Source: Octopus bimaculoides (taxonomy: Eukaryota). Taken from it: DNA of 64,000 nucleotides. Below, piece by piece: positions 54,681 through 64,000 of the stretch (within the stretch, counting starts at the first letter, position 1; every line of letters starts with the position of its first letter). A program made the translations under genes and the position numbers. The notes under the pieces were generated by a model, which was given only the letters and a program-made list of their open reading frames with translations, was not told where the DNA came from and ran no database searches. Location of the stretch: the NCBI RefSeq assembly GCF_001194135.2, contig NC_068994.1:39719949-39783948 (forward strand), given 5' to 3'.

Positions 54681-55335
54681 CATATTACTCTACCTCTGGT
54701 ATTTGAGTACTCTTTTTTTCCACCTTGTTGCACATTTCATGTGCTTACTCCGGTATATATATATATATATATATACTCATATTTACACACACACACACAC
54801 ATATACATACATACATACGTATATAACTACCTATCTACATACATATATAAACATAGAAGTTTTCTGCTCAATAAACAAAGAAAAATATGCAGATTTTATT
54901 TGAAAATATTTACTTTCTCTTATAGTGTTAGTATATTAATTGAGTTAATTGAGCCAATTAAACTGAACCAAGTAAACTGCATTTTTCTATTGCTGAATGC
55001 ATTATTTCAATACAATGCATGTTTGTATATACTTGATTCTAAAATTGAGTGAAAAAGTTACCGGGGAAAAGTCATAGAAAAAAAAAAACAGTACACAGAA
55101 GAAAGGTCACAAGAAATAAGTAAAAGGGTGAGGGATAAAAGAATCACAGAAGTCACATGTAAAAGTTACAGACTTTAGATTGAGACGATGCTAGTTTTTG
55201 TACCATTTATGCATTTCCTTGCTTCCATCACATACATGTCTGAGTGTTTCATGATTGTATTGTCATTGTGTACAATTTACAACATAATAGTTAATAAGTG
55301 ATTTAATATGATATCTTGAACTTAATCACTTTCGT

Positions 55336-55366
<31 letters not shown>

Positions 55367-55435
55367 TTTTACACTTGTTTCAGTTATTAGACTCTGGCCA
55401 TGCCGGGGCACCATATATATACATATATATATATA

Positions 55436-55467
<32 letters not shown>

Positions 55468-56116
55468 CATGTGTGTGTGTGTATGTTTGTATGTATGTAT
55501 ATATGTATGTATGTATCCATGTATATTTAAATGAAATGTGATACATTTTACCAAATTTTTCCTTTGACAAAAATTGTCACTTTTTTTACTTTATCAAAAT
55601 GTGACTTTTCTTCTAATTATACTTAATTCTAACTTTTCTTTAATAAAAAAATGTAAATTTTTATTTATGACCTTTTATCCAGTAAAACTTACAAAATTGT
55701 GTTGTATGTATTCAAATAACACCAACGTATAGTTATAGTGTACTGTTTATGATGATGAGCTTATAATAATACAGAATATATTGTAGTATAGTATAATGTA
55801 GATACTAACTTAGGGGTGTTGAATTCAAAACGAACTTGAACTTAAAATCTAAGTCCCCAAATTAGTTACCATAAGTTATATAAATCCTTTTGACTAGTTG
55901 AAAACAATGTGAATCATCTATATTTAACACATTGTATTAATTATGCATCTTGACTAAATGTAAAACTTATTTTGTGAAACTGAATACAACCAAATAATCA
56001 ATGTTCTGTATTTCACAGGTAGGTTCTAAATTTTATTGATTCTGGGCAGATGAAATTAAAATTGTTACTAATATGAACTAAAGTGAAGATGTCAGGATGG
56101 TTTGGCAAAGTAAGGA

Positions 56117-56334
56117 TATGAGGGCTGCTGTAAAGTTCCTGGCTTTAGGTAAAAGAAAAGTACAGGAGGATCAGTTAATTATGGTTCTATTCAACTTATT
56201 TCCCTCTGAGATTCACACACTTATTGCAGTGGTCCTCCACTTTTTCTAAGCCCTGTAAAAGAACTTGGAAGGTTGGGCTAACCAGGCCTTTTGTGATACC
56301 CATAAAGCCAGGAACTTTTCAGCACCCCCTCGTA
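56117..56334. mobile_element. Mariner/Tc1-type MITE (218 bp)
   Basis: ~30-bp TIRs: tatgagggctgctgtaaagttcctggcttt and aaagccaggaacttttcagcaccccctcgta, with TA at both ends. No ORF. Confidence 0.85.
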
Positions 56335-57582
56335 AATAAATAAATAAATATGCAAATAAACACTGTACTTTAAATAATGCATATTAACTCTTCACTATGC
56401 TCTTACCACTGTGATCTTTAATTGCAATTTCTTGTGTATTGACACAGGATACTTTTTGTAAGGGGAGAAGGGACAGTAAGTTTCAATATGTTGCCAGTAT
56501 TTTTTGCTTTCATTGTCACTGGCAGGGAGAAATGAAAACTTTAACCTAGCATCAACCGAACTCACAACACTGAGCTAACCAACTTAAAAATAAAATATCA
56601 TGTAGTCTATCTTACGGATAAGTGTATGCTATACAGAACACTGTTAAACACTGCATATTGTAGAATAAACATCATAGATTAGACATCAACAACAACAAAA
56701 ATGTTAACAACAAAAACAATTCCAACTTAGATTAACAACATAAACATCTGTTGTCGTTGTTATATTTATTACTTATTGTTTTGGTTTTTCTTTCCTTACA
56801 TAGGAACACTATACAAGATTTATCAAAGGGGCAAAATGAGATTGTTTAACATTCATGCTCTTTACAAGGACTCTGTTATTAGAAGATAGTTTAACCCACA
56901 GTCACACTTAAAATACTAAAGTTATTGGGAAAAACAAAACCGCAGTTAGATATTAGAATATCGATACAGACTATAGAATAGAAATAGATAAATAAATGAT
57001 GGCTTGAAAAACAAAATAGTCATATTTTTTTTTTTATTTCCTTAAACTGAAAAATTACTGACTAAACATTCTTATTTAAGTAGAATACATTTTAACAATT
57101 AAGTATCTAAACAACTTTAGATAGTGATCACAGCCACATATTTCAACTTTTCCATCAAGAATATAACATACAGATACACAGTATGTGTAATATAAAATAT
57201 AAATATAAAACTTGTATTACAAAAATATAGTGAATGATGTAAGTAGTTTGTTTCTTTTGATAAATCATATCAAAGTATAGAAGGTTTTTCACTTAGTTTA
57301 AAAACATTACAAGATAAAATATAATCTATTTATCTGTTTATATATTCATTCATCTCCTCACTTTTTTATATTTTGTGACTTGTGATAATTAATATATATA
57401 CATATATATACACACACACAAGCACACACACACATATATATATATACACATGTATATATGTATATATATGCATATACATACATATATATATATATAAATA
57501 TGTATGTATGTATATATATATATATATATGAATATATATATATGTATATATACACTCAGAAAATTAAGAGAAGCTTACTTAC

Positions 57583-57657
57583 TTGTGTCACTAAATCCAT
57601 TGCAGTTTGTCGTTAAATGAGACATGTATCCTGCTGTAGAGTTGTGCAGTCACTGCT
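57583..57657 (-). other. Candidate non-coding first exon (5' UTR) of the protocadherin
   Basis: Complex, GC-richer island between TA microsatellites that ends in the consensus donor CAA|GTAAGT (57582). The large exon has an acceptor at 50911, so it needs an upstream exon. Implied intron is ~6.7 kb. Confidence 0.5.
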
Positions 57658-57690
57658 GACTGCTGTTGTGTGCTAGCAGAGTTATATATG
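57652..57690 (-). promoter_or_regulatory. Candidate TATA box plus Inr-like element
   Basis: Minus-strand TATATAA at 57688-57682. TCA(+1)GCAGT places the A at 57657, 31 nt from the first T of the TATA, which is canonical spacing. CCCCACCCC boxes lie further upstream. Confidence 0.45.
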
Positions 57691-58238
57691 GCTTGGTCTG
57701 TGTTGTGTGGATATATATATGGGAGAGAGGTCTGCAGTTCTACTAAGTGAGGTGTATCTATGTAATGTCTGTTGCAGCGAATGTCTGGCTGGCTGGTTGG
57801 CTGGTTGTTTGGAAGTGGCAGGGAAGGGTGGGATGGAGGGGGTGGGGGTCACAAAAGAAAGGGGAACAAAATTTCCTCTTCTAACACTTTTAAAAGAATG
57901 AGTCATTTATAATTCAATGTATACACACTAACTCATGTTTGGGTATGCTTATTGGAATTTAATTTTTAGGCTCTAAGTAAACTTCATGTATACATATATA
58001 TATACATACATACATATATATATACACATACAAAGAGAGAGAGAAAGAAATACATATGTGTGTTTGTGTGAGCATTTAGATAGATAGATAGACGTACATA
58101 TATGTGCATATGCATATCTATATAGTTATATAATATGGTATGTATGCAAATACATACACACACAAATATATATGTATATATATATATATACACACACACA
58201 TATATATAATACACATACATATATATATATATATAATG

Positions 58239-58305
<67 letters not shown>

Positions 58306-58644
58306 CACACATATATATATATATATAGCTAATTGCATATAGAAGAGAAAATATAACTAAATTATGAAAATTTAATGATATTTAAAGAGTATGTATCTTT
58401 TGTTTTCCTTCTAATTAAATTTATCTCACTCAACCCAGACTTTCTGAAATAGCAGCATATTATCAAGCTTTACTTATATTCAGAAAATTTCTACCAACTA
58501 CAAGTTCACTTATACCAAACACTCTTATGGAATATTCTGAAACAAACTTATTTTCATTGTTGTTGTTTTTGTGGCTGTTACTGCTGCTGTTGCAGTTGTT
58601 GTTTTTCATATTATCACTGTTGTTATCATCATCATCATCATGAC

Positions 58645-58680
<36 letters not shown>

Positions 58681-58686
58681 TATATA

Positions 58687-58732
<46 letters not shown>

Positions 58733-58948
58733 ATCATTACAACCATTATTATGTTTTTTTGTTGCATAGAAAATATTGCTGTCAGTTTAGTTTTTACATA
58801 ACTGCTTTAATTATGCTTTTATCTTATACATACATGTACATACACATATTTATATACATTTATGTGCACACACATTTGGATATACATAAATACATACAAA
58901 TATACATATATATCATACATATATGCATACTACATATACATATGTATG

Positions 58949-59026
<78 letters not shown>

Positions 59027-59679
59027 NNNNNNNNNNNNNNNNNNNNNNNNNNNNNNNNNNNNNNNNNNNNNNNNNNNNNNNNNNNNNNNNNNNNNNNNNN
59101 NNNNNNNNNNNNNNNNNNNNNNNNNNNNNNNNNNNNNNNNNNNNNNNNNNNNNNNNNNNNNNNNNNNNNNNNNNNNNNNNNNNNNNNNNNNNNNNNNNNN
59201 NNNNNNNNNNNNNNNNNNNNNNNNNNNNNNNNNNNNNNNNNNNNNNNNNNNNNNNNNNNNNNNNNNNNNNNNNNNNNNNNNNNNNNNNNNNNNNNNNNNN
59301 NNNNNNNNNNNNNNNNNNNNNNNNNNNNNNNNNNNNNNNNNNNNNNNNNNNNNNNNNNNNNNNNNNNNNNNNNNNNNNNNNNNNNNNNNNNNNNNNNNNN
59401 NNNNNNNNNNNNNNNNNNNNNNNNNNNNNNNNNNNNNNNNNNNNNNNNNNNNNNNNNNNNNNNNNNNNNNNNNNNNNNNNNNNNNNNNNNNNNNNNNNNN
59501 NNNNNNNNNNNNNNNNNNNNNNNNNNNNNNNNNNNNNNNNNNNNNNNNNNNNNNNNNNNNNNNNNNNNNNNNNNNNNNNNNNNNNNNNNNNNNNNNNNNN
59601 NNNNNNNNNNNNNNNNNNNNNNNNNNNNNNNNNNNNNNNNNNNNNNNNNNNNNNNNNNNNNNNNNNNNNNNNNNNNNNN

Positions 59680-59721
<42 letters not shown>

Positions 59722-61586
59722 TCTTTATTGGTCACACAGGGATGAACACAGAGGGGACAAAATACAAAGTAGAGCTTATATAGGTGGATAGATAGATTGA
59801 TAGATACATATAGATATATATACATTTGTGTATGTGTATGTAGTTATGTATGCATGTGTGTGTAGATACATACATACACATATATATGTATATCATGTAT
59901 ACATACACATACACACACACACAAACACACACAAATGCGTGTGTGTGTGTACATTTGTATTTATATGTATATATAGATATGTGAGTGTGCATGTGCGCAT
60001 ATGCTTGTGTGTGTGTTTAAGTTGTGGTGATATAGCAAAATATTTCTATAATATAATGTTAAAGAACTGTATTTCTATCACATTTTATCAAAAGACTATA
60101 TCATTATGCAAGTGACAAGTCAAGTGTGGAAGAAAAAAAATTGCAGGGACGGCAATAGTCATGAAACAAAGAAATCTGTTTGAAATATGGAGCATTTTTC
60201 TCTCTCTGTATTTATATCTACTTCATCATATAGTGGAAATACACATTCCCATCCTTCTACAATAAATTCTACGTTTGAAACAGATCAAACAACTGTATTT
60301 GTAAAGACTTCAAATTGAATGTCAATCTCATTATGGTGCCACATATTTCAAATTGAATTGATATGTAAAATTAAGTTTAACTGCCAGGAAGAACTGACCT
60401 TGCTTTTTCTGGAAGCATTAGTTCAGTCAACAACATGCAGTTAAATAGCTCTGTTTATAAACTAAATTCTTGTATTTCTTTATTGGAAATTTAAAGTTTC
60501 CACAGCAGCACATGTTTGGAAGTAAAGTATAAAGGAAAAATAGCTATTTAATAATTTTATTTAATATCAACGCTAATTAATTGCCACAGATGTAAGAGAG
60601 CATGAGTTATTTTTATGCCTCTCTACTCTGCTGATGCTAAAAACCTTTGTGTTTCATCTTTCTGGGGATTTGATATCAATATTATTTTCTTGTTATTTTG
60701 CCCCTGGTCAGCTCTCATTTGGTAAATCCATGGTCTAAGCTCTCTTAACTTTGATGATTCCATCTTTATGTAAATCTCAGAGTACTTTGTCAAACATGTC
60801 CTTTTTATAAAATGGTAAAGAAGATGTGGCTATTATCTTTAGCTGCTGGATCAACTGAATTATGACATCCCTACTGAATCACAATTAGTATTAGTAGGAC
60901 TACTAGTTTGAATGAATTAACTAAACATTCATTACTACAAATTTAGACTTGTGCCTGATCAAAACATCAAAATCAACACAGGATACAGTTTCAGAAACTG
61001 CTTTCCTCAAAACTTATAATTGTAAGAAATGGTTCTTCAAGAGGCAAGCATTCAGAAATATATATATAAAAAAAAGTGATTGTATGCAGCATGTAAATAT
61101 AATCAGTAATTGTATATAAATCAACTCTATTACTATTTCAAAACCAATCGACAGTCTTGACACTGTTGTTCATGTTATTGTTTCACTTGTGGCTAATTCA
61201 TAAAAGAAAATTACTGTCATTACCAACAAAAAGGACAATCATGCTCATGTAAGGAAAGATTCGTTTCATTAATGTTTATAATAATAATAAAGTTTTTAAG
61301 TTGAACATGTTAATTTCAAGCATTAGGTTTCTGAAAATGGTATTGTTATCAAATACGTATATTAAAGAACATTTATGAGAAAATTTGCTAACTGCTCTAA
61401 GACAACTAGAAAATATATCTTTCAATGAAGGAAGTAGACAAAAACAATGTCTTGTCTTTCTTCACAATTTCTAACAACTATTCATCCAATATGAAAGAAA
61501 TTAGTAAAGAAAACTAAAAGATATTCTTCACATGTTAATAAAATACTATTTTTTTAATGTTTACTTCAGAAGTAATTGTTTTATTA

Positions 61587-61620
<34 letters not shown>

Positions 61621-62655
61621 TTTTTTTACTGTAAAAAGCACACTAGATGCATTTTATTTGATGTAATAAAAATTTGTTATGCGTTCATATTTAAAGTAAT
61701 GTTTTATCATATGAAAATAAGAATGGTTTTGAGACAAATATCAGCTTCAAAGAATTAAAAGAGACACAAGCATTTTGATTAAAAAAAGTATCTAAAGTAA
61801 GTTTTATATAATCCACTTAATTCATCTAGAAATTACTCAAGTAAATGATGGGGTTAAGTAGGAATATTTTTTATGACTTTTAGAGAATTTAAGATAATCC
61901 ATAGTATTAATGGCAAGGTGGGGAGGCGAGAAAGAGTAAAAGCAGAATGAATAAAGAAGAACTTGTGGAGAAAGAGAGAAAGGAAATTGTGTTTTAATCT
62001 ATTGTATATTATCTGTATAGTTTGTAAAATAAGAATCTCTCATAATCTTCGTCCAAAATAAGAAGATCCGGATACTGTTTTTAACCAATTTATCCTAGGA
62101 TGATAAAAATGAAAAAAAAGTTAAGTTGATAGAAATTTTTTTTTTTATCTAGGAATACTAAAATATCTAAGTATTCAGAAATTGTTGGATATATAATTAA
62201 ATATATAGTAATATCAGAGGCAAACATTTTCAAACAATTTTTGAATTGAATGATATAAACAAATAAAATTGTACTAAAAATTTCTTTCTTTTAAGAAATG
62301 TATACTGAACCAACTGAAAACTTTGCTGTAATATTACATTGCTTATTTATAACCTATACTTTTGTTTTCATAGTTATGGTTAATGTTTCTAGAGTTTCCA
62401 TAGCTAGAATTCTGAGTTGTAGATTATGTCTTAAAAGATTAATAAATGAATTAGGGTATGAATGGTAAGCCTCAAACGCCATCATAAACAGGAATAGATT
62501 TACTTTTAGCCATGTAACGAAATGCAATAAAAATATCAAGGCAATATGATTTGATATATTTTCACCCAATGTTATTAGTGTTCTCCAATAAAGCAAATAG
62601 GAATGTACATCTGTTCATGAATCACATTGCAGGTTAGGGCGTACATTTATGAGTA

Positions 62656-62829
62656 TTAAAAGCACCTAGCTACAGATATTGGTCTCGTTGCTTGGCCACT
62701 AATGAACAACTTTCCACTATAAATGAAATCTCTGAACGTTGGAAAGGAGAATTCCATACGCAAGTAATTTGAGGTGGGGAGTTCAGGAGGAGTCATCAGC
62801 TGTACAAAGATTGTGCGAGATCTATACTT
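62656..62829 (-). CDS. Candidate coding (possibly terminal) exon of an upstream minus-strand gene
   Basis: A long T-rich tract ends in ttggtcttgcag, followed by 57 open codons (KYRSRTIFVQLMTPPELPTSNYLRMEFSFPTF...VARCF*). The GC/CpG-richer island coincides with the ORF. Confidence 0.4.
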   Translation of the reverse strand, partial: KYRSRTIFVQLMTPPELPTSNYLRMEFSFPTFRDFIYSGKLFISGQATRPISVARCF

Positions 62830-63087
62830 CTGCAAGACCAACCAATAATTAAAAAAATAAATAAATGAATGAATGAAAGAAGTAAAAAAAGAAAATATAG
62901 AATAAACAAAATCTGTTGAGGAATAATATTTCAAGTGTTGAGGTATCTATATAGCCATGTAGGCATGAATATATGTATGCATGTTTGTATGTATGTATGC
63001 ATGTATGCATGTTAATGTATGTGTATAAATATATACATGGTATTGATACATGTTCATACATGCGTGTATGAATGCATATATATGTAT

Positions 63088-63129
<42 letters not shown>

Positions 63130-63252
63130 TATNNNNNNNNNNNNNNNNNNNNNNNNNNNNNNNNNNNNNNNNNNNNNNNNNNNNNNNNNNNNNNNNNNNN
63201 NNNNNNNNNNNNNNNNNNNNNNNNNNNNNNNNNNNNNNNNNNNNNNNNNNNN

Positions 63253-63329
<77 letters not shown>

Positions 63330-63417
63330 TATATATATATACATATATATATATATACAAATATATATACACACATATATATACATTTACACACAAACAT
63401 ACATTATACGCATGCAA

Positions 63418-63452
<35 letters not shown>

Positions 63453-64000
63453 CACATGTACACACATATGTGAAGCAAATATTATGATTGAGAAATAATA
63501 GAAAGATCAGGAGAAAAGCTGGAAGAAATAATAAGAGAGAGATCTAAGATAAATTACCATTATATACTATGTTCACAATTCTAAATTCTAGCTGCTTTTG
63601 AAATGTCTGCTACATCAAATGATGAGACTAAATAGAAAATGCTGCTGGTATAATCATAGATTCCAGATTACTACCTATTACTTATTTAAATGTAAGTGGT
63701 AAAGATTTTGAGAGGCTGTAGGAAATTATGAAAATATGCATTTAGAAGCTCTTAACTTGCTAATTAAAGAGAATTTCCTTGAAGATGATATAATTTATCT
63801 CAGAAAAAGAAACTCTTATCTCAGTGAAACCAATTAAAGAAGTTTTATGTATCCAAATAACACTACTGGTGACAATAAATTAGATCTACACCAAATTAGC
63901 AAATGTCTGTTAAAAATGGAAATATCACTGGTTGAAACATTTTTTCTATCTACACTTGAAACTGTGTTTTGATGTATATGTCAATGTGTATGATCTATAT

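Overview
AT-rich, microsatellite-saturated, gapped eukaryotic DNA. The repeats and the gene architecture point to an octopus (coleoid cephalopod) genome; this is inference. The one unambiguous gene is a minus-strand protocadherin. One 2.46-kb exon (48453-50910) encodes the signal peptide, six cadherin repeats, the TM helix and a proximal tail. It has a candidate 27-nt in-frame microexon (48192-48218) and a candidate TATA/Inr promoter with a non-coding exon 1 (57583-57657). A second, unidentified plus-strand gene is suggested by small phase-compatible exons at 28188-28220, 28310-28388 and 33166-33202. Another candidate minus-strand exon lies at 62656-62829. The rest is mobile DNA and simple repeats: two decayed DD34D mariner copies, a mariner MITE, hAT-type MITEs, an RTE LINE remnant, four SINE-like families and three decayed minimal hammerhead-ribozyme motifs of Penelope-like type. 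Nearly all other ORFs in the supplied track are microsatellite or N-gap artefacts. No prokaryotic-type system (CRISPR etc.) is present.
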